From a virus (Duplodnaviria; Heunggongvirae; Uroviricota; Caudoviricetes), in the IMG/VR virus record IMGVR_UViG_3300021142_000006: a DNA stretch of 64,000 bases. One strand, given 5' to 3'. The notes beneath the pieces were generated by a model. The model had not been told where the DNA came from. It searched no databases and saw only the letters and a program-made list of their open reading frames with translations. A program made the translations under genes and the position numbers. This document shows positions 1 to 8,558 of the stretch, one piece after another. Positions within the stretch are counted from its first letter, which is position 1, and each line of letters opens with the position of its first letter.

Positions 1-444
1 ATATACGCCTATAACAATGAAGCCTACCTCAAGAATTCCAATATCATTGATCTGGCTTACAAAGGTGGGGAACTTCCCTTCGTTGTCGGAGTTGACTCTG
101 GACAAGCTGGTTTCTTTGACCAAAAATATTACCGTGATGATGAGATTGCAAAAGATTTACCCAAAGAATTTGAAGATAATTATGCTGAAAAACCTGGTGA
201 TGAATGGTATAGAGCTTGCGCAGCACAAACCTTAGGCGAAGATGGATGGGGTACAGTACCTTACGGCGTTGTTAGCTCATCTGGCTGGGGTGACGGATCA
301 TATATCTGCACAGGTGAAAAGGATTCAGCTGAACAAGAATATATTGCTCTCGTTATTATATTCATTGAATACGATGGGGATTTCGATGATGACAATTGGG
401 ATGACGATTCATCCGAAGAAGAAGAAGATAATGACAATATTTAA
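1..444 (+). CDS. 3'-partial CDS, hypothetical protein (acidic C-terminus; GWGDGSY-type motif), open from window edge in frame 1
   Basis: Frame 1 is open from nt 1 to a TAA at 442-444 (147 codons, no ATG, so not in the ORF track). The translation is protein-like, whereas the overlapping listed ORFs 17..235, 44..226 and 242..550 look like noise. Confidence 0.5.
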   Translation: MYAYNNEAYLKNSNIIDLAYKGGELPFVVGVDSGQAGFFDQKYYRDDEIAKDLPKEFEDNYAEKPGDEWYRACAAQTLGEDGWGTVPYGVVSSSGWGDGSYICTGEKDSAEQEYIALVIIFIEYDGDFDDDNWDDDSSEEEEDNDNI

Positions 445-608
445 TATCTGTTTGTTTTGTTTTAAATATGGAGCTGCCGTGTCTACGGTGGCTCTTTTCT
501 TTTATTATTATAAACATATTACATTAAAATATATCTGTATAATAATTTGATGATTTCAATTATAAAGAATATCTTTGTAGTCAAATTTCAAAAACAAAAT
601 AATATACT

Positions 609-1148
609 ATGGGTTTAGACATGTATTTGCATAAGCACACTTATGTAAAAAATTGGGAACATCATTCAGATGAACAAAGGGTTAATATTACCGTAATGCA
701 AAACGGTAAAGAACATCCAACCATTAAAACCAATCGCATAAGCACAATTATTGAAGAAGTTGCTTACTGGCGAAAAGCAAATCAAATTCACAATTGGTTT
801 GTCCAAAATGTACAAGACGGTGATGATGATTGTGAAGAACACTATGTCGGTTTAGACCAACTTAAAGAACTGGTAGAAACCTGCAAAAAAGTATTAGCCA
901 GTTTGGAAAACTCTCCCAAAAAAACTATCCAAGTTGAAACTGGGTGGCATTCAGATGAACAAACAGATGTTGAAGTGGCAGAAAACACAGAACTGGCTGA
1001 AGAACTATTACCAACACAATCTGGCTTCTTCTTCGGCTCAACCCAATACGATGAATACTATATCAATGACCTAAAAGATACTATACAACAATTAGAACCA
1101 CTACTAACTGAAGAAGGCGGTAGCTTCTACTACTTATCTTCCTGGTAA
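609..1148 (+). CDS. hypothetical protein
   Basis: 179-aa ORF with protein-like composition, part of a small plus-strand block. Confidence 0.55.
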   Translation: MGLDMYLHKHTYVKNWEHHSDEQRVNITVMQNGKEHPTIKTNRISTIIEEVAYWRKANQIHNWFVQNVQDGDDDCEEHYVGLDQLKELVETCKKVLASLENSPKKTIQVETGWHSDEQTDVEVAENTELAEELLPTQSGFFFGSTQYDEYYINDLKDTIQQLEPLLTEEGGSFYYLSSW

Positions 1149-1280
1149 TATAACCCCTCAATAACAATATATCCCAGTATAATTGAATGCTGGGATATAT
1201 TTTTTAATCTATTCATATTACAATAATTCATATTTGTATAATAATAGTAAATTCATTAATTTTGTGCAAAATAAAACTGA

Positions 1281-1793
1281 ATGCTACATATTAATGAAAT
1301 ATTGAAATCAAAGAGAACATTCGATGAACCCATATATAGCCAGGTACTTGAACTATATGTACCCATTATAAATAATGACGGTGATCTGGCCTATATAAGC
1401 ACAACCCAATATCTCAATAAAAAAAGATTAATCACACCACCCACAAATGAGTTCTACATGTACTCAGACAATATAGTGGATTCATGCACATTCGAATCCA
1501 AAGACGATATCGCAAAGATTAATGAATTATTATATGTACCACACAAAATATATAAATTCGGTGAGATATACTCCAAACACTATACAGTATTCCTAAATGA
1601 AAAAAATAATATATATGATCCCATTAATATCGCTATATCCTGGGAACCTGTAAGCTACTCATACGAAGATAGAACCAGAATCATTACATCAGATAAACAA
1701 AAAGCTCAAGACAAACTCGATGTATTCAAAGTAGACCTGGCCAGAGAATTCACAGACAAAATAATGAAACTTAGAAGCATTCAACTAAAGTAA
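1281..1793 (+). CDS. hypothetical protein
   Basis: 170-aa ORF on the plus strand. Confidence 0.55.
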   Translation: MLHINEILKSKRTFDEPIYSQVLELYVPIINNDGDLAYISTTQYLNKKRLITPPTNEFYMYSDNIVDSCTFESKDDIAKINELLYVPHKIYKFGEIYSKHYTVFLNEKNNIYDPINIAISWEPVSYSYEDRTRIITSDKQKAQDKLDVFKVDLAREFTDKIMKLRSIQLK

Positions 1794-2144
1794 AGAATTC
1801 ATATAACAAAAAATTATATGTATTCATGTAAGGGGTAGGAATGGGGCGCAGAATTCAAAGAATTACATATAATTAAAAAAAATATTTGTTAAATAGGAGA
1901 GGGTGTCAAATTCTTTGTATTGTATTCACTATTTTTTTTTACCATTTTCTACCACAATTTACCACTTTTCCACACCTCATAAATGCTTGATTAGCAAGGG
2001 TTTACATAATGAATACAGATGAGTATATTTCTATAGAATTCATATGTTTTTATCTATAATATATTCTCGGTATTAAAAGGCATTAATTTAGTATTAATTT
2101 TATTGATCTGAATACAGATAGATATAAAAAAAAGGCTGGTATTT

Positions 2145-2375
2145 GTTGTATATACCTTTTTAATTGTGTTCTTTTACACCAGTGGATGAATTAATGGGTT
2201 TTGTTCAGGGTTGTATATACCTTTCAAATTGTGGTCTTTTACACCACTTCTGCGTTATGGTTGATCTGTTCTATGTTGTATATACCTTTCAAATTGTGGT
2301 CTTTTACACCATTGTTTTGGTAAAACGTTTTGGAAATGTGTTGTATATACCTTTAGGTGGTATAAGTTTAAAAGG
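2145..2375 (+). CRISPR. Mini-CRISPR array: 4 repeats of 36 nt (GTTGTATATACCTTTCAAATTGTGGTCTTTTACACC) and 3 spacers of exactly 29 nt
   Basis: Repeats at 2145-2180 (3 mismatches), 2210-2245 and 2275-2310 (identical), and 2340-2375 (degenerate after the first 15 nt, typical of a terminal repeat). Spacers at 2181-2209, 2246-2274 and 2311-2339 are unique and of uniform length. An AT-rich leader-like tract lies upstream (about 1990-2144). A GAGGA-TAAT-TCCTC hairpin follows immediately downstream (2387-2400). Orientation is inferred from the degenerate repeat being distal to the AT-rich leader. Confidence 0.7.
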
Positions 2376-2537
2376 TATTTGGTGAGTGAGGATAATTCCT
2401 CCTAACATATTAAAATATTTACAATGTTTATTCATTGTTCACCTTATGCTGTACAGCCAGCACGATCCAAATATTAATTTGGAACCTTATTTTATCAATA
2501 AATTAAGAGCTATTAATTATGTTACAAATGTAGTGAA

Positions 2538-3899
2538 TTAAATTGATAGTTCCAAATTTTGTTGAGGAATTTCTTGAGATTTTTTTAGTTTAGCGGCTTT
2601 AATTCTTCCAGCTTTTGAGTTTGGTTTTTCTTCCAGTCCCAATTTGTGTGCTATATTTGTTGCTGCCACGATATCTGCATCGAGGGTTTTTAGGTAATCG
2701 GTGCAAGCTGTGTTAACGCATTCGAATTTGGTATAGTCTTGTTTTGATCTATTTTCCTCATTGATTGTGTGGCAGGTTGGGCATTCTCTGGAAGTATTTT
2801 TTGGGTTAACCCATTGGATTGTAATTCCAGCCATTTCTGCTTTATATTTGATATATGTTTGCAGTTGGAAGTAAGCCCAAGATTTAAGGAATTGGTTATT
2901 TGTATCTTTGGTGATTCCAGTTAGGTCTTCCATCTTTATGATACCCACGTTATATTGTTGTGCTATTTTGATAATTTCGGCAGATATTCTATGGTTTGTG
3001 GTTTGCGCCCAATTTTTTTCTTTATCTCTGAATTGTTCGAGTGCTTTAAGTTTTTTGGTTCTTCCGTGACCGCCAGTTGTTAGTTTGAGAGCTTTTGCAA
3101 TTGATTGTCTATGTTTTAGCATTCTCATTCTATCGTGTTGTATTTTGGAGTTTATATCGATTTGGTATGGTTGTTTTTCTTCATCTGTGATAAAGAATGA
3201 GACTGGTCTATTGATGCCCATATCGATTCCCATTGTTTTATTTGGGATGATATCTTTTGATTTTGTTTCTGGTATATTGACTGTTAGGTAGAGGAAAAGA
3301 TCTTTTCCGTTATATTGTAATGAGCTATTGCACATTTTATATTCTTGTGTAATGGTTTTTCTTACAATAATTTTGTTATTGGATTTATCTTTTCCGAAGA
3401 AGAGTTCGAATGATATATTATTAAATTTTTGTTTTTGTGTTTGTGTGATTGGGAAATCTATTAGATATTTGTTATTATCTAAATATATTTTATTTGAGAA
3501 TCTGATTGGCAGTTTTTCTGATTTGTAGGAAGGGATTGATACTTTATTATTTAGTATATCGTAGAAGTTTTCGGTTATGGTTTTATATATATCTTGGTTC
3601 AGATTTGATCTGATGTCTGATGCTATATGTGGTAGGGAGGTGGTTATTCTGTAGCCGCTATTTTGGATTGAGGTGGTGAGTTGTGCTGTAAGTTTTTCCA
3701 CGGCAATTTTTTTGGTACATTTTTCTGTATCAAGGATTTCTTTAAGGTTAAAGTTATTATTGACGTGTTGTCTAATAATTTGGTTTCCTACTGTTGCGAG
3801 TTCTTTGGATATATCTTTAATAAAGTTATAGACTTTTGTTCTATCTTTGCTGGTTTCTCCTACTGGGATTAGTTTAATTTTTCTTGTGATGATTGACAT
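2538..3899 (-). CDS. TnpB-family RuvC nuclease, Cas12f-like CRISPR effector candidate (453 aa)
   Basis: RuvC-I motif GIDMG, RuvC-II motif IIKMEDLTG, a C-terminal CxxC...CxxxxC zinc finger and RuvC-III motif DADIVAATNIA. The N-terminus (RKIKLIPVGE) resembles the Cas12f/TnpB WED start. The mini-CRISPR array lies 160 bp from its stop. Confidence 0.75.
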   Translation of the reverse strand: MSIITRKIKLIPVGETSKDRTKVYNFIKDISKELATVGNQIIRQHVNNNFNLKEILDTEKCTKKIAVEKLTAQLTTSIQNSGYRITTSLPHIASDIRSNLNQDIYKTITENFYDILNNKVSIPSYKSEKLPIRFSNKIYLDNNKYLIDFPITQTQKQKFNNISFELFFGKDKSNNKIIVRKTITQEYKMCNSSLQYNGKDLFLYLTVNIPETKSKDIIPNKTMGIDMGINRPVSFFITDEEKQPYQIDINSKIQHDRMRMLKHRQSIAKALKLTTGGHGRTKKLKALEQFRDKEKNWAQTTNHRISAEIIKIAQQYNVGIIKMEDLTGITKDTNNQFLKSWAYFQLQTYIKYKAEMAGITIQWVNPKNTSRECPTCHTINEENRSKQDYTKFECVNTACTDYLKTLDADIVAATNIAHKLGLEEKPNSKAGRIKAAKLKKSQEIPQQNLELSI

Positions 3900-3946
3900 A
3901 TTAGTAAAATTCAGATATTAATTTAAAATTTGTGTGTGTGTGTGTA

Positions 3947-4285
3947 TTAGCGATTAAACCATACTATATGTGTAAAATCTTTTCTGTATGTTCCAGATTT
4001 TATATCGCTTGGGTATATTTCTATATTGGACATTTGAGTATTTGTTGCGTAGTTACCTATTCCGTCATAGTCGATAAATCCGCCACAATTAACGTTTGCT
4101 ATGAAGGTTTCTAATGTCATATGGGTGCCATATTCTGGTAAATTTCCCAATAGCTTTCATTACCGTTGGAATCATATTCAAATTTATGCCAAGACCCAGT
4201 TGAATCTTCATGATAAGTAAGTTTACCGTTGGAATCAAATTCTTGGTATGGAAATTCTGTTATCCCCAGTTGTTGTGCTTTGGTC
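3947..4285 (-). pseudogene. Frameshifted repeat-protein gene (two overlapping frames: 4285..4123 and 4150..3947)
   Basis: Manual translation gives MTKAQQLGITEFPYQEFDSNGKLTYHEDSTGSWHKFEYDSNGNESYWEIYQNMAPI-stop. The listed ORF 3947..4150 continues in another frame across the overlap. The repeated xDSNGxxxY motif suggests they were one gene. Confidence 0.35.
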
Positions 4286-4327
4286 ATTGTAACTAAAGTT
4301 TAAGATGTAAAGGTATAATAGGTTTGA

Positions 4328-5281
4328 TTATTTAAATCCGATTTCTTTATGTGCTTTTCCTCTTGGTATTTTTTTCATTCCTTTGAGGTGTGCTATGGCT
4401 GATTCATATTCTATATCGAGCAGAACAACGGATGTAAATAGTTCTTTTAGGTGTGACATGGATAGGCCTTCTGTGTCTTTAACCCAGCGATTTATATCAA
4501 TTTCAGATTTGCTATCACCAATTTTATTAAGGATATAGACTTTTCTAACTTCTTCTGATGGTGGTGAAACGTAATATCTTCTATCGAATCTGGATGGTCT
4601 GTTTGTGATTCTTTCGGCTAATTTTTCTGGATAATTGGTTGTTGCGATATAAACAACGTTTTCGATTTGTTTTATGCCATCCAAGATATTTAGCAATGCT
4701 GATGTGCAATCATTGCTATATTCGGCAACCGAATCGATATCTTCGATAATTACTATCAGTGGTCGATTGGGTTCAATTTGTCTAAATTTTGGGATTAGTT
4801 CGAGATATCCTTTGATTGAATTTTCGTCTTTGAGGTTTATTACGATACCTTCGAGTTCGTTAATAATTTGCTTCATACAAAGTTGAATAATACCAGATTT
4901 ACCACATCCAGGATCACCATGGAGTAATATACCTCTTTTATGCGTGGGTTTATATTGTTGGTAAAAGTCTTTCTTTTTCCAAAATGATTTTATATCCTTG
5001 AGGATATTTTCGATTTCCTCTGTTGGTAGTTCAAATAATTCATCAGTGTTTATTTTCTGATAAAGCATACAAAAATCATTAACTTTATAGTCCCATGTTA
5101 TTTCATATAATCCTGAGGGTAATGTGTTCAGTGAGGCTGTTGCTGGTAAAAACCCACCGTCACCTAAAATGCTCCATTGGCTAAAATTTTTGTATTCCAT
5201 ATTTATTGTTTCTCTTGTTACTGGTATTTCTTGATTATAATTTTTGTATTCCATTTTGATTTCTTTGGGATATAAAGCCAC
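4328..5281 (-). CDS. AAA+ ATPase
   Basis: Walker A motif GDPGCGKS, Walker B motif IVIIEDID, and a sensor/arginine-finger region ATTNYPEKLAERITNRPSRFDRR. Confidence 0.8.
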   Translation of the reverse strand: MALYPKEIKMEYKNYNQEIPVTRETINMEYKNFSQWSILGDGGFLPATASLNTLPSGLYEITWDYKVNDFCMLYQKINTDELFELPTEEIENILKDIKSFWKKKDFYQQYKPTHKRGILLHGDPGCGKSGIIQLCMKQIINELEGIVINLKDENSIKGYLELIPKFRQIEPNRPLIVIIEDIDSVAEYSNDCTSALLNILDGIKQIENVVYIATTNYPEKLAERITNRPSRFDRRYYVSPPSEEVRKVYILNKIGDSKSEIDINRWVKDTEGLSMSHLKELFTSVVLLDIEYESAIAHLKGMKKIPRGKAHKEIGFK

Positions 5282-5989
5282 CTATTTGTTTATTTCATCT
5301 CTAAGTCTTGCGGCCAAAGAATAATCTTCATCAGCAACGGCAACCAATAATCTTTCATTAAGATCATTTTTGCTGTAGGCATCAATATCATCAAAGTCAA
5401 CCGATTCTTTTTCATCTTTCAATATTAAAACCCAGGCTTTTAAATATTTGATAAGATTTTCTTTGTTGGCAAACCAATCATATTTTTCCTCAAATTCTTT
5501 GGTTTCATATATAGGTTCTGATTTGGTGATGCGAAATAATTTACCAAAGAATGTATTAACTGGTACTTTTTTGGTACCAACGTTAACAGATTTTTTGTAT
5601 TTTTTTGTTTTTTCAATACCTGATTTGGCGAATATGGCTTGGTTATTCATATATTCCAAATGGGAGATATCATCTTTGCTTAAACCAGCATTTTCCAAAT
5701 CAATAAAGATTTGTTTCAATGGTCTTTGAGATATTGGGCAATACGCTTTAACGGCATCCCTCCAAGTACCGTTTTCACTACCAATTGCTTCTTTTAATAT
5801 TTTTTTATTGAATAATTCTTGTTTTTTAAGTTCATGTTTCAATTCGTATTGGTTCTTACCAAGTAAAACCTGAGCAACGAGGCCACAATTGCATTGTGCT
5901 TGTTGTTTCCAATTATATAGCACTGTATCATTTTCCAATGCTAAAATTACAGTTGATAATGACTGAATGAGTTTTTCTTTCTTTGACAT
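5282..5989 (-). CDS. hypothetical protein with UVR-like C-terminal motif, translationally coupled to the AAA+ ATPase
   Basis: 235-aa ORF whose stop abuts the ATPase start. The C-terminus DEDYSLAARLRDEI resembles a UvrB/C UVR motif. Confidence 0.55.
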   Translation of the reverse strand: MSKKEKLIQSLSTVILALENDTVLYNWKQQAQCNCGLVAQVLLGKNQYELKHELKKQELFNKKILKEAIGSENGTWRDAVKAYCPISQRPLKQIFIDLENAGLSKDDISHLEYMNNQAIFAKSGIEKTKKYKKSVNVGTKKVPVNTFFGKLFRITKSEPIYETKEFEEKYDWFANKENLIKYLKAWVLILKDEKESVDFDDIDAYSKNDLNERLLVAVADEDYSLAARLRDEINK

Positions 5990-5999
5990 GTTAAATGTT

Positions 6000-6224
6000 T
6001 TATTTAGATTTGGTTAGATTTAATTTATCGCCAACCATGAATTTGCCGCAGGTGTCACTTATTTTTATATCTGTAACGGAATAAGAGCCACTGATGTAAT
6101 AGTTACACATATTGTTTTTATATACACCATTTATTGATGATACATACATGTCACCAGGTTGATATACATCAATACAAGAGGATAATAGTAGTAACAGTAA
6201 AATTGGGATAAATAGATTTTTCAT
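6000..6224 (-). CDS. small lipoprotein
   Basis: Signal peptide with an LLSSC lipobox. Confidence 0.5.
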   Translation of the reverse strand: MKNLFIPILLLLLLSSCIDVYQPGDMYVSSINGVYKNNMCNYYISGSYSVTDIKISDTCGKFMVGDKLNLTKSK

Positions 6225-6279
6225 AAAATTGATTTAGATTACAAAGATAAGATGCATATTTGATATCACCAAATTTATT

Positions 6280-6942
6280 TTACATATTAAATAATGTTTC
6301 AATATATTGTATTGTTGGGTAGTAATTACCTTTTCCGTTGTATTTTTCATCAACGGCGGTTTTAAATTGTTGGAGTGTTCCTCTGAAACAGCCAGCTGAT
6401 ATCATTTTATCTGAAAATGTAATGGTTATTGTCCTATTTGTGTTACCCAAAGAGGATATTGTCATATAATCTGATGTTTTCTCAACTTTAGCTTCACCAC
6501 ATATTACAACCATACCAGAAACTAAAGCGTTACCAAATACCTGAGCATTACCTAATACCTGAGCATTACCAGATACCTCAGATTTACCATATACGTGAGC
6601 ATTACCAGATACCCAAGCATTATCAAATACCTGAGCATTACCAGATACGTGAGCATTACCAGATACCCAAGCATTATCAAATACCTGAGCATTACCAGAT
6701 ACGTGAGCATTACCATATACCTGAGCATTACCTAATACCCAAGCATTACCAGATACATAAGCATTACCATATACGTGAGCATTACCAGATACCCAAGCAT
6801 CATCCAATAAGTTACTCACTTTCTCAATAAAACCACCTTTTGTTCCAGCTTTTCCCCATATGCAATCTTCTGTTAATTCAATACGGTAAAGTGTTTTGAA
6901 ATTGAATTGTATTTTTTCATCCGTTAATTTATATGGTGTCAT
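6280..6942 (-). CDS. hexapeptide-repeat (beta-helix type) protein
   Basis: About 17 tandem GNA[HQW]V[SYF] hexapeptide repeats. The underlying DNA has near-perfect 18-bp and 57-bp tandem repeats at about 6530-6800. Confidence 0.6.
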   Translation of the reverse strand: MTPYKLTDEKIQFNFKTLYRIELTEDCIWGKAGTKGGFIEKVSNLLDDAWVSGNAHVYGNAYVSGNAWVLGNAQVYGNAHVSGNAQVFDNAWVSGNAHVSGNAQVFDNAWVSGNAHVYGKSEVSGNAQVLGNAQVFGNALVSGMVVICGEAKVEKTSDYMTISSLGNTNRTITITFSDKMISAGCFRGTLQQFKTAVDEKYNGKGNYYPTIQYIETLFNM

Positions 6943-7202
6943 ATGTTATTATTTTTGCGTTTATAAATGTCTTTTACATCAATTACAAGTCCAATAAAAC
7001 CTACTATCCACTCTGCAAATCCAATAGCTTCATTTATAAAATGAGCTTGCATATCGGTTTGAGCAAGCATGTATGCACGTACAAAACCTTCCTTTTTATC
7101 TTGTATTGAATCCACAATCTCATAATCTAATCCACTTGTGATTATGCCATCATGTTTATATATCTTATTAGCTAATTCTTTTATTTCTTGTTCGGTTTTC
7201 AT
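6939..7202 (-). CDS. hypothetical protein
   Basis: 87-aa ORF with an ATGA start/stop overlap with the downstream gene. Confidence 0.5.
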   Translation of the reverse strand: MKTEQEIKELANKIYKHDGIITSGLDYEIVDSIQDKKEGFVRAYMLAQTDMQAHFINEAIGFAEWIVGFIGLVIDVKDIYKRKNNNI

Positions 7203-7213
7203 TTTAAATTTTG

Positions 7214-7525
7214 TTAATTTAGTTTACGTTCAAAAGATGTTTGTTTAACAATAATTCTATTCCAATTACTATCTATCGTGAACCAAGTTGCATCTACTTT
7301 TTCAATATTACAATGTCGGTGTTCACTTGAGCTTAGGTATAATCCATCACCCATAGGTATTCCAGACGGCATCATTGTAATGTCTGTTGTTGTATAAGAA
7401 TCGCCATAAATTAAACATTCGGTTGATTCTTTATAATAGATTGTTTTCGTATCCGTATTTTTACAACTAATAATTATTATTGGTGCTAATAAGATTACCA
7501 TCAATAATTTTAAGTCTCTTTTCAT
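7214..7525 (-). CDS. lipoprotein
   Basis: Signal peptide ending IIISC (lipobox). Confidence 0.55.
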   Translation of the reverse strand: MKRDLKLLMVILLAPIIIISCKNTDTKTIYYKESTECLIYGDSYTTTDITMMPSGIPMGDGLYLSSSEHRHCNIEKVDATWFTIDSNWNRIIVKQTSFERKLN

Positions 7526-7526
7526 A

Positions 7527-7730
7527 TTAAATTTTCTTATTTCTGGTAGTTAGATGATATTTGTTACATTGTGTGCATTTATACGCAACGAGTTTTGTAA
7601 ATGGTTGTGGGTTATTCTCATTGATAAGTTTGGCGGCAGATATTGCCGATTTATCATCTGGGAATTGTTTTTTTGGTGTACCGTTTTTTCCGATACAAGT
7701 CCACATGCCTTTATCTGTACATTTAATCAT
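7527..7730 (-). CDS. small Cys-containing hypothetical protein
   Basis: 67 aa with a C..C and C..C pattern. Confidence 0.4.
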   Translation of the reverse strand: MIKCTDKGMWTCIGKNGTPKKQFPDDKSAISAAKLINENNPQPFTKLVAYKCTQCNKYHLTTRNKKI

Positions 7731-7744
7731 TTGACAATTTAATT

Positions 7745-8077
7745 TTAAGATCTTTTGGTATATTGAATTGTTCCAATATCTTTTTTGATACAGGATATTT
7801 TACTTCTCTCATTTCCGAAACAGCTAACATTAGCATCAGATTGTCTTTTTTGGTTAATATAACCGTTTAAAAGATAGATATTATCAAATGATGTTCTGTT
7901 TTGGCAACCATGGTCAAAGTTTTCATCATATGGAACTTTTTGTTTAAATATTTGTATATCATTAAGGAAGAAGATTAAGAAATTTCTTCTTCTGTTATCA
8001 TTGCATTTTTTGCTATGTTGATATTTTTTTGTTAATTTATATTCCATCTTTTCACATTTTCTGTTCCTTAATTTCAT
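7745..8077 (-). CDS. hypothetical protein
   Basis: 110-aa ORF in the minus-strand array. Confidence 0.4.
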   Translation of the reverse strand: MKLRNRKCEKMEYKLTKKYQHSKKCNDNRRRNFLIFFLNDIQIFKQKVPYDENFDHGCQNRTSFDNIYLLNGYINQKRQSDANVSCFGNERSKISCIKKDIGTIQYTKRS

Positions 8078-8270
8078 TTTCCAGCTCCATCATCTCAATA
8101 TAACAATCTCTGAGGTGTGTATGCATTTTGCCAAGTTCAAAACCATAAACAATATCATCTTTTTCGCAATTGCATAAGTCTGATATGCATTGTGCATTAA
8201 GTTCGAACATTCTTTTATAATGTCCAATCTGTTCAAATTGTTCTTGAGTTATTATATATTTCTTTTCCAT
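8052..8270 (-). CDS. hypothetical protein
   Basis: 72-aa ORF. Confidence 0.4.
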   Translation of the reverse strand: MEKKYIITQEQFEQIGHYKRMFELNAQCISDLCNCEKDDIVYGFELGKMHTHLRDCYIEMMELENEIKEQKM

Positions 8271-8271
8271 A

Positions 8272-8460
8272 TTAATCTTTTTGATATATGCTCCAATCTG
8301 TTTTTAAATAATCTTTGTCCCACCAATCAGCTGGGACTTTAACACCATCCTCAAAGGAAATACCGTTCTTACCCATGTGAATATATTCATCATCGGTGAA
8401 GTATCTGTGGGTTACTTTTTTACCCTCTGAAATTGCAACTCTTGCTTCTTCTAAAGTCAT
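8272..8460 (-). CDS. hypothetical protein
   Basis: 62-aa ORF, tightly packed. Confidence 0.4.
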   Translation of the reverse strand: MTLEEARVAISEGKKVTHRYFTDDEYIHMGKNGISFEDGVKVPADWWDKDYLKTDWSIYQKD

Positions 8461-8558
8461 AATGTTATTTTAATGAAAATCAATATTTTCTTTTGCGTTA
8501 TATGCTAACATACAACCATCGATAAATTTTTTAGTTTTATATTTGTTTTCCACGGACA

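Noticed and set aside
17-550. Listed ORFs 17..235 (+), 44..226 (-) and 242..550 (+) at the left edge
   Set aside because: Frame 1 is open from nt 1 to 444 with a far more protein-like translation, so these three are out-of-frame or antisense shadows of a 3'-partial gene.
3085-3872. Plus-strand ORFs 3085..3291, 3328..3528 and 3681..3872 inside the Cas12f-like gene
   Set aside because: Antisense to a well-supported 453-aa nuclease ORF, with low-complexity hydrophobic translations typical of AT-rich antisense frames.
2538-3899. Plain IS200/IS605 TnpB transposon accessory gene
   Set aside because: No tnpA and no left/right-end hairpins were recognised, and the gene is paired with a bona fide repeat-spacer array. 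A domesticated Cas12f-like role is therefore favoured, though phylogeny is needed.
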